This document shows, piece by piece, positions 27,671-38,239 of a stretch of DNA of 64,000 nucleotides. Below the pieces are notes generated by a model. The model made no database searches and was not told the DNA's origin. It saw nothing but the letters and a program-made list of their open reading frames with translations. A program made the translations under genes and the position numbers. Numbering within the stretch: the first letter of the stretch is position 1; every line of letters begins with the position of its first letter. Source of the DNA: Candidatus Hermodarchaeota archaeon (GTDB taxonomy: Archaea; Asgardarchaeota; Lokiarchaeia; Sigyniarchaeales; SOKP01); NCBI GenBank assembly GCA_048885925.1, contig JBHLLG010000006.1:1-64000 (forward strand). Direction: 5' to 3'.

Positions 27671-28846
27671 ATGGATACATTAGATTTAAATCAAGTAAAT
27701 CGGTTTACTTTACAAAAAAACCATCTAACAGAGGAAACAAAATGTGATGATCTAATTCAAATAACCGAAGATTTATGTGGTCTCCATTCAACCGGTCTTA
27801 CAACTTCTTATTTATCTCTATTTGTAAGAACTAATAACTTCAAAAAAGAACATTTGGAAAAAGAACTGTATATAAGTAAAACTCTTGGTAGAATTCGTGG
27901 AATGAGAAAAACATTATTTGTTCAAACAAAAAACATGATTCCAATTGTTTTCGCAGCAACTATTAGTCTAATTGAAAAAACTCTTGAAAAATATATGGAA
28001 TATCATAAAATTTCATTAAAAGAATATCAAGAAATTTCAAATCAAATTATAAATCTATTAAAAGGAAGAGAATTATCTACTTCCGCCATGAAGAAAGAAT
28101 TAAATTCAAAAAGATTAATTCCCGAAATTATCCATTTGATGTGTAATTATGGTATTTTAATAAGAACTAAACCAATTAAGGATTGGAAGGATAGAAGGAA
28201 TGAATACGCTCTTTTCAAGGATTATTTTCCAACCATCAATTTAGAAAAGGTCAATCAGAAGGAAGCAATTCAATATTTAATAAAAAAATATGTAAAAACA
28301 TACGGACCTGTGTCAGAAAACGATATATCATGGTGGACAGGCTTAACAAAATCAAAAATAAGAGATGCTATAAAGAATTTTGAAGATAGTCTTAAAAAAG
28401 TAAAAATTATATCATGTAAAGGAAATTTTCTAATGGATAATTCCGATATGAAAGAATTACAGAAACTTACTAATCTTGACAAACACACATTATCATTATT
28501 ACCTGAACTCGATCCTTATCCAATGGGCTATAAAGAGAGAGAACGATATATTGATATACACAATCATAATAAGATTTTCGATCGTTCTGGAAATATTGCT
28601 GCAACAATAATTTTAGATGGAATTGTAATTGGAGTTTGGGATACTGAAAAAAAACCTAAACCTACTCTCAAATTTCATTTATTCAATCCAATTGAAAAAG
28701 ATATACTTGATGAATTGTATTCTAAAGCAAATAAGATTGGAGAATTCTATTTTGATAAAAAAATAGAGATTAAGGAATGTCCATCAATGATTCCTTTAAC
28801 AGAAAGGACTGCTGGAGGATTCATGTCTCCACTTAAAAATTGTTGA
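27671..28846 (+). CDS. HTH_42 winged-helix protein (AlkZ/YcaQ-like DNA glycosylase family)
   Basis: GLHS, MRKTLF, YGPVSENDISWWTG, LLPELDPYPMGYK, GIVIGVW. Confidence 0.8.
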   Translation: MDTLDLNQVNRFTLQKNHLTEETKCDDLIQITEDLCGLHSTGLTTSYLSLFVRTNNFKKEHLEKELYISKTLGRIRGMRKTLFVQTKNMIPIVFAATISLIEKTLEKYMEYHKISLKEYQEISNQIINLLKGRELSTSAMKKELNSKRLIPEIIHLMCNYGILIRTKPIKDWKDRRNEYALFKDYFPTINLEKVNQKEAIQYLIKKYVKTYGPVSENDISWWTGLTKSKIRDAIKNFEDSLKKVKIISCKGNFLMDNSDMKELQKLTNLDKHTLSLLPELDPYPMGYKERERYIDIHNHNKIFDRSGNIAATIILDGIVIGVWDTEKKPKPTLKFHLFNPIEKDILDELYSKANKIGEFYFDKKIEIKECPSMIPLTERTAGGFMSPLKNC

Positions 28847-28889
28847 AATCAATAATTTATATCATTTATCCACTATTTTTATAAGATTT

Positions 28890-29855
28890 TTAGGTTCTAT
28901 AATAGGGTGATTTCGTTAATAGGAGATATTGGATTAAAGGACTTGCTAAACGAGCAAGTGCTCTTCTCTTTGAGTAAAGCTTTCTTAATTTTTCCACATA
29001 ATCCTCAAAATTTTTCTTTTGATAACGAAGGATCCTTTGAGATTCTTCAGTGTCAATCCAATCAGTATAAAACCAATCTGAATTATTTCTTGGAATTTTA
29101 AAGGCTGAATCTGGAGGCATAGAAACACCCATTACTTCAAACATTTTTTCAGCATATGTCCTTTGAAATATCTGGCAAGATTTTCCTCCGCCAATTAGCA
29201 ATATTTTATCAGTAATATTCGTTGTAACTGCGTTTGCAAAAGCAGTAGCAGCATCTTTGACATAAATAATTTCAATTCTCTGGTCAAGAGGTACTTCATA
29301 TATAATAGGATCTATAACTAGAGGAAATTTTAGAGAAGCAACTGCGCTTAAACGCAAAATTAACCAAGGAAGTCTACTTTCTTTTGTTAATCTTTCCATT
29401 TCTACTTTATGATGAGAATAATTATCTGTAGGGTTTAATGGTTCATCTACACATCTTGGAGGTTTACAATTCATTTTTGGTCCATAAACACTATAAGAAC
29501 TAGCAATTATAAGTTTAGGTGGTTTTTTCTGCATTTGAGCAGCTTCAATTAGATTCTTAGTTCCTCTAACGTTTACTTTATACGCTAATTTGGGATTTCT
29601 TTCACTTAATGGAGGAATAATAGCAGCAAAATGGATAATACAATCTTGATTAATAACAACATTATTTACTACTTCAGGATTAGTTATATCTCCCCAAATA
29701 GTTTCAAAATGTGCTGTTTTAGATACTCGTTTTTCAGTTCTCTTGGTTCTAGAATTCTTTAGATCAAAACATCTAATTTCGTGATCTTCTTTAACTAGTT
29801 TCTTTAAAGTGCTTTCGCCTATATTACCAAAAGCTCCTGTTAAAAGGATTCGCAC
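28890..29855 (-). CDS. NAD-dependent epimerase/dehydratase (extended SDR)
   Basis: TGAFGNIG, HFAA, VNVRGT, SS.SVYG and YxxxK (YSHHK). Confidence 0.9.
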   Translation of the reverse strand: MRILLTGAFGNIGESTLKKLVKEDHEIRCFDLKNSRTKRTEKRVSKTAHFETIWGDITNPEVVNNVVINQDCIIHFAAIIPPLSERNPKLAYKVNVRGTKNLIEAAQMQKKPPKLIIASSYSVYGPKMNCKPPRCVDEPLNPTDNYSHHKVEMERLTKESRLPWLILRLSAVASLKFPLVIDPIIYEVPLDQRIEIIYVKDAATAFANAVTTNITDKILLIGGGKSCQIFQRTYAEKMFEVMGVSMPPDSAFKIPRNNSDWFYTDWIDTEESQRILRYQKKNFEDYVEKLRKLYSKRRALARLASPLIQYLLLTKSPYYRT

Positions 29856-30165
29856 AAAATTTATGATCCAATTTATCTATTTAAATTTTTTCTTAGAAAC
29901 TCGTTTAAATAATTCGATTATTGCTTATTCTAATTAATAAATTCAAATTTAAAGAAAATTTTTTGATTTTTAATCAAAAAATTATTAGAATTGACCCAAT
30001 TAACAACAATACTGAATTTATGATCTAATTTAATCACTATTTATGTTGATACTGTAAATTTTTAGTACATAAATATCTTATAACATACAATTTTATAAGT
30101 TAGTATTTAGTAAATTATTAATAAAGAACCGTATTATTCTATTTGTTATTCAAAAATATAAGGAT

Positions 30166-32469
30166 ATGTTCTTGAGGTTTAGAAAATCAAATTATACAAA
30201 TCATATCATATTAATTTTTTTAATAATTTTATGTGCTTTTTTAATTTCAAATTCCTTTATTTCCTTTTCACATGCGCAGATTAATGGTGAAACTATTTCT
30301 ATCTCTTCTAATTTGGAATTTTCTGAATATTCAGAAATAGAAGGGGAAAAAGTAAATATGAGTTCTATTAATATTGAATTACCTGAATCAAATTGGACCA
30401 TTACAGATATAAAAGTTAACATTTCGGATATAAAATTAGGCAGCGAAATTATAACAATTGAAGACAGCGAAACAACGTTTGAAATAGTATGGAATAAAAA
30501 TGTCAATTTCAGAACGTTTGCATTGGCAACGCAAATTGAGATTTTGGAAGTTACAGAGCTATTTGGAGTCTACATATATGCACGCAAATCAGTTCAAGCG
30601 ACACAGACAATTAAATTCCAACTACAGGGATTTGATGAGGGGAATAATAAACCTAATGGAATTATTCTTAGATCTATTGATTTGAATATATCTAATAATT
30701 TGGATTGGTATTATCAAGATTTTTCCTCAGATTCAATTGAACTTACAGTTGGAAATTATTCATTAGTTATGAACGGAACTAACTTGATTGCCAATCCAGA
30801 TGCTACGTATAATTGGCAGAAGGATCACTTGGATCCTGATATTCGAAATCTACATACTTCCTCTTACATAACCTCATGGAATTCAGGTATTGTAAATACA
30901 AGCTTTTTATGTAAATTGAATCAAACTGTAGATCGGTATTACATTCCTTCAGATCTAAATATGTCAGCTGAATTTGATGGAAAAGATTACTCCATCCCAG
31001 ATTCTGGATTGTTAGAAGTTGTCAATATAACTTATCTTTCGGAGGAAACTAATATGTATATTCCTATTACAATAAATAAGTCTGTGAAATTAGATTTCAA
31101 TTTCCAATATACTCTTAATTTAACAAATGAGTTCTTTACATTAAGCTCTGGGTATATTAAAGAATTTAATAATCAATGGTCTTTATCACCTTTATTTCAT
31201 AGAATTTCACAAATTTACTTTGTAAAATTTCGATATCCAAGGAATTGGTACAATTTTACGGTAAACAGAAAAGTAGGTAGCACTTGGGAGAACGTTACCT
31301 CAATTATAGATATTGATTTGAACAATCGAATAATCACATTTCCAAACAATACCTTAGTGGTCGGTTCTGATTGGAGGATTATTGCAAATTCTCCGAAAAT
31401 TGAGTTTACTTTAAATTTTCCTATTGTTGAATGGGAGACTAAAGAAGATTTACAATTTTCTGTTATCTTACCTTTTGTGGATGGGACTCTTACATTCGAT
31501 TTAATAAATCCAACAGGTTTTGGTTTTAACGAGCCAATAGTAAAAGAAGTAATATCTCTAGAAACGTACTTCAATTATACAATCCCTGAAAATGCTTTAC
31601 AAGGATTCTATATTGCATATATCTTTTGGAATAATGCAACAGATGCAGGGTTTAACTCGCAAGAGTTTGAGGTCATAAAACATAAAGAACCATTTAATCC
31701 AATTTGGATCTGGGTCGCTGTTTTTTCTACAATTGGAGCTTCTGTGTTAATTTATTTTTCATATATCACTATAAAGAGATATAACATTAGACGTACAGAA
31801 AGGGCTGAGAAACTTAAAAACAAATGTATGGATGCATTAAGTTTAGAACATATCATTGTTTCAGAGAAAAAGTCTGGATTAAATTTATATCAACAAAGGT
31901 TTGCAGAAAGAGAAATTGACGCTTCAATGATTTCAGGATTTTTGCAAGCTATTCATTCTTTTGGAATAGAATTAATGAAAATTGAAGATAGATCTCAGAC
32001 TATTAAACTGGAATATAAAGGTTCGATAATTTTAATGTCTGAATTTGTTAATCTTCGATTAATTCTAGTTATGAAGGAAAGCCCTTCAAGAAACTTTCTT
32101 TATTCTGTAGAAGATTTAGCATTTGATATTTATCGACAATATGGTAAAATAATTGATGAATTTAACGGAGATATTAAACCATATAGAGGTATTGAAGATC
32201 TTCTCAAAAGTCACTTATATACATCCTTTGTGTATCCTTTTGAAATAGCAAAAATTGATAAATTAGAAAAAATCAGGATTAGTCAGAGTGAACGATTGTT
32301 TATTAATAAAGCTGTATCTTTAATGAAGCAAAATAACAAAGATCATTTCTATATACGGTCATTTTTCCCTGAAAATACTTGTTCTCCTAAAGATATAGAA
32401 ATAATTCAAGGTTTAATAAATAAAAAAATATTTCAGGTTCTTACTCCTAAATCTCAAAAATTTAAGTAG
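30166..32469 (+). CDS. Single-pass membrane protein with a large sequon-rich ectodomain and cytoplasmic longin-like domain (paralog 1)
   Basis: Signal peptide, many N-x-S/T sites, TM helix near aa 512-535, cytoplasmic SGLNLY...MISGFLQAIHSFG. Homologous to 32699 and 55266. Confidence 0.8.
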   Translation: MFLRFRKSNYTNHIILIFLIILCAFLISNSFISFSHAQINGETISISSNLEFSEYSEIEGEKVNMSSINIELPESNWTITDIKVNISDIKLGSEIITIEDSETTFEIVWNKNVNFRTFALATQIEILEVTELFGVYIYARKSVQATQTIKFQLQGFDEGNNKPNGIILRSIDLNISNNLDWYYQDFSSDSIELTVGNYSLVMNGTNLIANPDATYNWQKDHLDPDIRNLHTSSYITSWNSGIVNTSFLCKLNQTVDRYYIPSDLNMSAEFDGKDYSIPDSGLLEVVNITYLSEETNMYIPITINKSVKLDFNFQYTLNLTNEFFTLSSGYIKEFNNQWSLSPLFHRISQIYFVKFRYPRNWYNFTVNRKVGSTWENVTSIIDIDLNNRIITFPNNTLVVGSDWRIIANSPKIEFTLNFPIVEWETKEDLQFSVILPFVDGTLTFDLINPTGFGFNEPIVKEVISLETYFNYTIPENALQGFYIAYIFWNNATDAGFNSQEFEVIKHKEPFNPIWIWVAVFSTIGASVLIYFSYITIKRYNIRRTERAEKLKNKCMDALSLEHIIVSEKKSGLNLYQQRFAEREIDASMISGFLQAIHSFGIELMKIEDRSQTIKLEYKGSIILMSEFVNLRLILVMKESPSRNFLYSVEDLAFDIYRQYGKIIDEFNGDIKPYRGIEDLLKSHLYTSFVYPFEIAKIDKLEKIRISQSERLFINKAVSLMKQNNKDHFYIRSFFPENTCSPKDIEIIQGLINKKIFQVLTPKSQKFK

Positions 32470-32698
32470 GTAATAGTTATTGCTTCAATATTTTCCATTT
32501 TAGAATCATGATATCTACTAATGATAATTTTTAACTATAACCAAGAAAATTAAGTTATTTTTTTTATCAAAAATTTCATAATCAATATGATTTAAATAAT
32601 AAAGTAATGAATTAAGATTTAAATAACTGAATTATGATTAAGTTATTAATTATAATTATGAAAATAAAATATTTAGCAATCTCGTTAGGGGGATTTAT

Positions 32699-34957
32699 AT
32701 GGGAAAAAATTTAAAAATAAAATATTGTGCTGTTTTAATTACTATTTTATCCTTTATCATTTTAAATATTTCAAAAATCTCATACGCTCAAGATAATAGT
32801 GGAACTTTATTAATTTCTACTAATTTAGAATTTTTTGAATTTTCAGAAATAAAAGGAGAAAAAATGAATATTAGTTCTATACATATTGATTTACCCGAAC
32901 CAAATTGGACCGTTTCAAACATACAGGTAAATATTTCTGATATAAGCTTAGGTAGTGAAATTAAAATTATTGAAGACTCCGAAACAACGTCTGAATTAGT
33001 ATGGAATAAAAATCCTCCAACTAGAACATTGGGTCTAGGAACGCAAATTGAAATTTTGGAAGTTACTGAACTATTCGGAGTCTATATAAAAGGATACAAA
33101 ACTCCAGAAGCGACTGAGACAATTAAATTCCAGTTACATGGATTTGATGAATATAATCATAAACCTAATAATACAGTCTATAGATCTATCGATTTGAATA
33201 TATCTACCAATTTGGATTGGTATTATCAAGATTTTTCCTTAGATCCAATTACACTTCAAGTTGGCAATTATTCACTAGTTATGAATGGAACTGATCTACT
33301 CGAAAATCAATATGCGAGGTATTATTGGCAAAAAGATGACGTAGATCCTCAAATTCAAAATCTTTATACCTCCTCTTATATACTTACTTGGAATTCAGGT
33401 ACAGTAAATTCAAGCTTTTTATGTAAATTGAATCAAACTGTTGATGAGAATTACCTTCCTACAGACCTAAACATGACAGTAGAATTTGATGGAAAAGATT
33501 ATTTAATACCTGCATCTGGATTTTTAGAAATTGCTAACATAACTTATTTTTCGGAGGAAATTGATTTGTATATTCCTTTTACAATCAATAAGTCGGTAAA
33601 CTTAAATTTTAATTTCAATTCTACTATTGCTTTAACAAATGAGTTCTCAACAATAAGCTTGGTACAGATTAAAGAACTTAATAATGAGTGGTCCTTATCA
33701 CCATCATTTAATAGAATTTCACAAAATTATTTCGTAGAATTTAATTTTCCAAAGAATTGGTATAATTTTACAGTAAACAGAAAAATAGGTAGTACTTGGG
33801 AAAATGTAACCTCATTAATTGATATTAATCCAATCAATCGAATTCTCACGATTCCAAACAATACCATACTGGTCGGTTCTGAATGGAGGATTATTGCCTA
33901 TTCTCCGAATGTTGGGTTAGATATGAATTTTCCAAAGACTGAATTCGGTCCAGGTCAAGAAATCCAATTTTCAATTAGTGCTCCAATCCCACCTAGAAAT
34001 ATTATTTTTCGGCTAATTAATCCCTTAGGATTTACAGCTCAATCAGATGCAACTTATACTATAGAATCAACAAGATTAGAAGATTTAATTATATCCTATC
34101 AGCTTCCTTCTAATCCTTATGAAGGAATTTATAAAGCTTACATCTTTTGGAACAACCAAACTACTGCTGGTGTAGTAAGTCAAGAATTCTTAATAACTGT
34201 TCCATTTGTTTTGGATCCAATGTTAATTATTATAATTGTAGGAGTGGTTGCAGGCATTTCTATTGTCAGCTTCACATCATATAAACTTGCTAAAAATAGT
34301 AAAAGAAAACATGAAGAACATAGACAAAAAATTTTTAATAAATACGTTGATGTTTTAAATCTTGAGTACTTTATAATAATCCATAAAAAATCAGGGTTAA
34401 ATGTATATGAGCAGATGCTGACAGCAAAAACCATCGATGCTTCTCTAATCACAGGTTTTTTAGAAGCTATCCGAACATTTGGAATTGAACTTACCGGTTC
34501 TGGTCAACAATCTCAAACAATTAAGTTAGAATATCAGCAGTCAAAAGTTTTGATGTCCGAGTTTAAGAATTTTAGAATTTTACTTATTATGAAAGAAAGT
34601 CCTTCCCATGATTTCTTGGAATCAATTAAAGCACTTTCTTATGATATTGATAATAGGTATGGAAATTTACTCGAAAATTTCAGAGGAAATATTGATCAAT
34701 TTGTAGGTATTAGAGATTTACTAGAACTGCATTTACAGACCTCATTAATATATCCATTACAAATAGTCAAAAAAGATGTAAAACTTAATTCTTATGAAAA
34801 ATCCATGGTACATAGAGCTAAAACTATGATGAAAAAGAAGAATATGGATTATTTCACTGTAACTAATTTACTATCAGTTAGAAAAGAATTTGATGCAAGT
34901 GATGCAGAAACAATTCTCCACTTAATAAAGAAAAAGATTTTTCAACCAAAAACCTAA
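32699..34957 (+). CDS. Single-pass membrane protein, paralog 2 (tandem duplicate)
   Basis: Ectodomain strongly similar to 30166 at DNA and protein level. Cytoplasmic LITGFLEAIRTFG. GGGGG SD upstream. Confidence 0.8.
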   Translation: MGKNLKIKYCAVLITILSFIILNISKISYAQDNSGTLLISTNLEFFEFSEIKGEKMNISSIHIDLPEPNWTVSNIQVNISDISLGSEIKIIEDSETTSELVWNKNPPTRTLGLGTQIEILEVTELFGVYIKGYKTPEATETIKFQLHGFDEYNHKPNNTVYRSIDLNISTNLDWYYQDFSLDPITLQVGNYSLVMNGTDLLENQYARYYWQKDDVDPQIQNLYTSSYILTWNSGTVNSSFLCKLNQTVDENYLPTDLNMTVEFDGKDYLIPASGFLEIANITYFSEEIDLYIPFTINKSVNLNFNFNSTIALTNEFSTISLVQIKELNNEWSLSPSFNRISQNYFVEFNFPKNWYNFTVNRKIGSTWENVTSLIDINPINRILTIPNNTILVGSEWRIIAYSPNVGLDMNFPKTEFGPGQEIQFSISAPIPPRNIIFRLINPLGFTAQSDATYTIESTRLEDLIISYQLPSNPYEGIYKAYIFWNNQTTAGVVSQEFLITVPFVLDPMLIIIIVGVVAGISIVSFTSYKLAKNSKRKHEEHRQKIFNKYVDVLNLEYFIIIHKKSGLNVYEQMLTAKTIDASLITGFLEAIRTFGIELTGSGQQSQTIKLEYQQSKVLMSEFKNFRILLIMKESPSHDFLESIKALSYDIDNRYGNLLENFRGNIDQFVGIRDLLELHLQTSLIYPLQIVKKDVKLNSYEKSMVHRAKTMMKKKNMDYFTVTNLLSVRKEFDASDAETILHLIKKKIFQPKT

Positions 34958-34961
34958 ATAT

Positions 34962-35234
34962 TTATTTTTTAAACTCTTTTTTTTTCTTTTTCAAATTAGG
35001 AATTTCAATAACAAATCCTATTATCGCTATAGTTAATAATGGGATTGTAGTTATGAAAAAAAGAATTGCAAAATATATATTCAATTTTTTATACTTAACT
35101 TCGATTTCTTTTTTCCTAATTAATTTGTGAAATCCTTCATATCTCAGTACAATGAAATTTTTTGTCCATACTAACATCTTAACACCAAGGACACATAAAA
35201 CTATGCCAGCAACTAATGTGTAAATTTCAATCAT
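34962..35234 (-). CDS. Small two-TM membrane protein
   Basis: Two hydrophobic segments and a basic tail. Fills an intergenic gap. Confidence 0.55.
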   Translation of the reverse strand: MIEIYTLVAGIVLCVLGVKMLVWTKNFIVLRYEGFHKLIRKKEIEVKYKKLNIYFAILFFITTIPLLTIAIIGFVIEIPNLKKKKKEFKK

Positions 35235-35331
35235 TTCAAAATCTAATAAAAAAAAATAAATAAGTATTTAAAACTTAATAATTAGAAGAAGGCAAATGAA
35301 TTTTTAAGTATAAAAAAAAAGAAATATTTGG

Positions 35332-35919
35332 TTATTCAGATTTTTTACGCCAGACGGTAAAGTATACAATAATTAGTATTACTGCAGCAGGAATTCCTAA
35401 TACAATTAAAATCCACATAAATGTTAGGAACCATGAAGATAACCAATAAGTATATGGTAATGCGCCAAATTGAGTACGATAATTACCATCCACAGCAATA
35501 TATATACAATAAGCAATAAACATGAAGAAACTGAAACCTCCGCCTCCACCTGCCTCTTTTGCGCGACGTTTATCTTTCTTCTCTCTATCCTTAAATTCTT
35601 GTTTTTCTTCAGCTGGTAACTTGCGCCACCATAGATATCCTCCTATCCCAAAGAATAACCCTGATGGAACACCTACAAATAGAAGTTCCCACAAAAATAT
35701 TAGGATAATAAATCCAACAACCCAATCTAATTTCCATTGAGCAATTGTTGCGCTCCCGTAGTTACCGATAGGACTTGTTTCTATAAACCAAATTAACACC
35801 AAAAGTGCACCAATCGCAGCACAAACTCCAGCAATAATTATACCGATAAATACTTTCCAGTGTTCTCGTATTTTCTTTTTCCAAAACTGTTCGTCAGCTA
35901 ACTTTTTACTATCTTCCAA
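35332..35919 (-). CDS. Hypothetical 4-TM membrane protein with an internal repeat
   Basis: Hydrophobic helices; WELLFVGVP...WWRK and WILIVLGIP...VWRK halves. AGGTG SD before the TTG start. Confidence 0.75.
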   Translation of the reverse strand: MEDSKKLADEQFWKKKIREHWKVFIGIIIAGVCAAIGALLVLIWFIETSPIGNYGSATIAQWKLDWVVGFIILIFLWELLFVGVPSGLFFGIGGYLWWRKLPAEEKQEFKDREKKDKRRAKEAGGGGGFSFFMFIAYCIYIAVDGNYRTQFGALPYTYWLSSWFLTFMWILIVLGIPAAVILIIVYFTVWRKKSE

Positions 35920-36011
35920 GGAAATTACACCTTAAATTTATTAATTTTTATTAAAGAATTATCAAAAAACTAATATTTGGTAATATATAAAATTATCTAC
36001 ATTTATTCTCT

Positions 36012-36851
36012 TTAATAATTAAAAATCTTTTTCTTCTTTTCAAGAAAACTTTTTTTAGTTAAGATGTCCATTTCTGCATTTAACCAACAAAGCTCATCGT
36101 AAGTACAACTTGAATTGAAAACTTGTTCAGCTTTTTTTTTAATATCTTCAATAGAAGGCATATCAAGATTTATTTTTTGAATTTTTTCGGCTAACATCCA
36201 ACATAAATCATTGTAGGAATATCTATCTAAAGAAAGATAAAAAGCAGCTTCTCTTATTTGGGTTTTAAGATCAGGTTCTTCAAATTCCTCTTTAACTTCT
36301 TCTTCTGGTTTTTCTTCTATTATTTCTAGTTTACGTTCTATTTTATCTAAAGGTTGTTCAAACTTCACAAATTTTATGGCTTCTTCACTTTCCTTTAGCC
36401 TTTTCAATAGTTCTAACTTTCTATGATCTTTAATTTGCTGGAGCCAATTTATTATTCTTGTTTCAGTCTTAATTTCTCTTTCTTCTGGAACTCCATCTAA
36501 TCCAATAGATACAATATGTTCAGGAGACGTCTCAAATACAAATTCGGGCCTTCTTTCAATTGATTTTCCCGGGATAAGCCCCTTTTTAAGGTCGTGCATC
36601 ATAGCCAAAAAAGATCCGTACTCTCTTTTCTGCTTCATGATAAGTATTTTTGTAGATCCACCTCGCTCTTTATCTATCTTTCTTGCTATATTCGCTGTAA
36701 TATCCTTTTTAGATTGAGGAACCGATAATCCAACCCAAATATAAATTGTGTTCTTTTCTTCGTCATCAACCAGATAGACATTATCCTCTTTAAAATCTAG
36801 CCACTCTATCTTTACTAAATCTCCCTTTTCATTAATGTTAAATAACTGCAT
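36012..36851 (-). CDS. Gelsolin-domain protein with a C-terminal LCW-repeat (X-like) domain
   Basis: VYLVD...IYIWVG...KK..A..IA...IMKQKRE..F is a gelsolin-like core. Acidic linker, then duplicated YxxLCW motif. Likely start ATG at 36851 (the track starts at 36872). Confidence 0.85.
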   Translation of the reverse strand: MQLFNINEKGDLVKIEWLDFKEDNVYLVDDEEKNTIYIWVGLSVPQSKKDITANIARKIDKERGGSTKILIMKQKREYGSFLAMMHDLKKGLIPGKSIERRPEFVFETSPEHIVSIGLDGVPEEREIKTETRIINWLQQIKDHRKLELLKRLKESEEAIKFVKFEQPLDKIERKLEIIEEKPEEEVKEEFEEPDLKTQIREAAFYLSLDRYSYNDLCWMLAEKIQKINLDMPSIEDIKKKAEQVFNSSCTYDELCWLNAEMDILTKKSFLEKKKKIFNY

Positions 36852-37022
36852 TACACTCTCTCTTATGTACAATCTAATAATATAGAAATAAATAAATTAA
36901 AAGTTTAAAAATCTTTTTTGCTGAAACTTTTTGTATATTCACTTAAGTTTTTTAGTGAAAACACTATTATAATTTTAATAAGCTATTTGAGCTTTTTAGT
37001 TTAGACAAAATTTTTAGTAATT

Positions 37023-37490
37023 ATGAGTGAACGAAAAATTGATGAAAGAGACTCAACCATAGTGGAATATGAAAAAATTATTGAGGAGTTAATGAAAGAA
37101 AACCAGACTCTTAAGAATAGAATCACTGACTTAGAAATTGAGATTATGAAACTTAAAGAATCAGGAATCATTTTTGAAGAAATATCAGCTCCCGTTGTTC
37201 AAAGAGATATAAAACAAATTGAAGAATTTAAACCTATAACTCAAATGAAGAAAGAGGTTATTTCAGAACCTTTCCATTATCAAGATACTGTTTCTCTTGA
37301 ATTAGGCAAAGGACCGATTGTAGAGGGGATATCGAGAAGGGAATGTCCAATTTGTGGGAATACAAATAAACTACTTATTCATGAATTGATTGATAGAGAT
37401 CGTATAATTTCTGCTTACCCGAAAATGTACGGAAAAAAATACAAATGTGGTTCATGTGGAAGAGAATGGCGGTTACCTCTAGAAATGTAA
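37023..37490 (+). CDS. Coiled-coil + C-terminal zinc-ribbon protein
   Basis: Heptad-rich N-terminus; RRECPICGN...YGKKYKCGSCGREW. Divergent from the gelsolin gene. Confidence 0.8.
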   Translation: MSERKIDERDSTIVEYEKIIEELMKENQTLKNRITDLEIEIMKLKESGIIFEEISAPVVQRDIKQIEEFKPITQMKKEVISEPFHYQDTVSLELGKGPIVEGISRRECPICGNTNKLLIHELIDRDRIISAYPKMYGKKYKCGSCGREWRLPLEM

Positions 37491-37645
37491 AAGTTTTGAA
37501 TTTTATATATCCTCTTTATTTTAAGATTATTCTTATTTAAGCAACATTAGAAATTCATTTTCTTAAACATGTTCAGATTTAATTTTATATTAAATTCTGC
37601 TTTATTAATGTTATAAAATAATTTATATATATAATAGGGAATTTT

Positions 37646-37972
37646 ATGAGTGAAAAAGATATTAGGAAAAAAGTATTAGATTTAGAAAATCTATTGGAAT
37701 ATCAAAAAGGATCCGTTGTTAGCCGAACTTTAATAAATAAAGATGAGGGTACAGTAACATTATTTTCTTTTGATAAAGGAGAAGGCTTAAGTGAACATAC
37801 AGCTCCATTTGATGCACTTGTCTATATACTTGATGGAAAAGCTGAGATAAAAATCTCTAATGAAGATTTTATAGTAAATGAAGGTCAAATGATAATTATG
37901 CCTGCAAATCAACCTCATGCTTTAAAGGCGCTTGAAAAATTTAAAATGATGTTAATAATGATAAAATCATAA
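37646..37972 (+). CDS. Cupin domain protein
   Basis: FSFDKGEGLSEHTAPFDA and MPANQPHALKA. Confidence 0.92.
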   Translation: MSEKDIRKKVLDLENLLEYQKGSVVSRTLINKDEGTVTLFSFDKGEGLSEHTAPFDALVYILDGKAEIKISNEDFIVNEGQMIIMPANQPHALKALEKFKMMLIMIKS

Positions 37973-38015
37973 AAAACTAAAATGAATTTATATTAACTTT
38001 TTTCTTTTTATAATT

Positions 38016-38174
38016 GTGAATGATAAAGATATTTCTGATGATGATTTAGAAGAAGAGTTAGATAAAGCTCTTAAAGCTAACGAGAAAAAAAGAGACGTTT
38101 TTAGTATTATGAGGAAGGAAAAGGAATCGTTAGAAGTTAAAGAAAAAAGACTTAAAAAAGATTTTAAGTATTAA
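38016..38174 (+). CDS. Unannotated 52-aa highly charged helical microprotein
   Basis: GTG start; MNDKDISDDDLEEELDKALKANEKKRDVFSIMRKEKESLEVKEKRLKKDFKY. Purine-rich, coding-like composition in an otherwise empty gap. Confidence 0.55.
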   Translation: MNDKDISDDDLEEELDKALKANEKKRDVFSIMRKEKESLEVKEKRLKKDFKY

Positions 38175-38239
38175 TAATTTTTTCAATATAAAGCTGTAAA
38201 ACTTTAAAATTCCCTACTTTTTGAGGTTAAGGATTTTGG

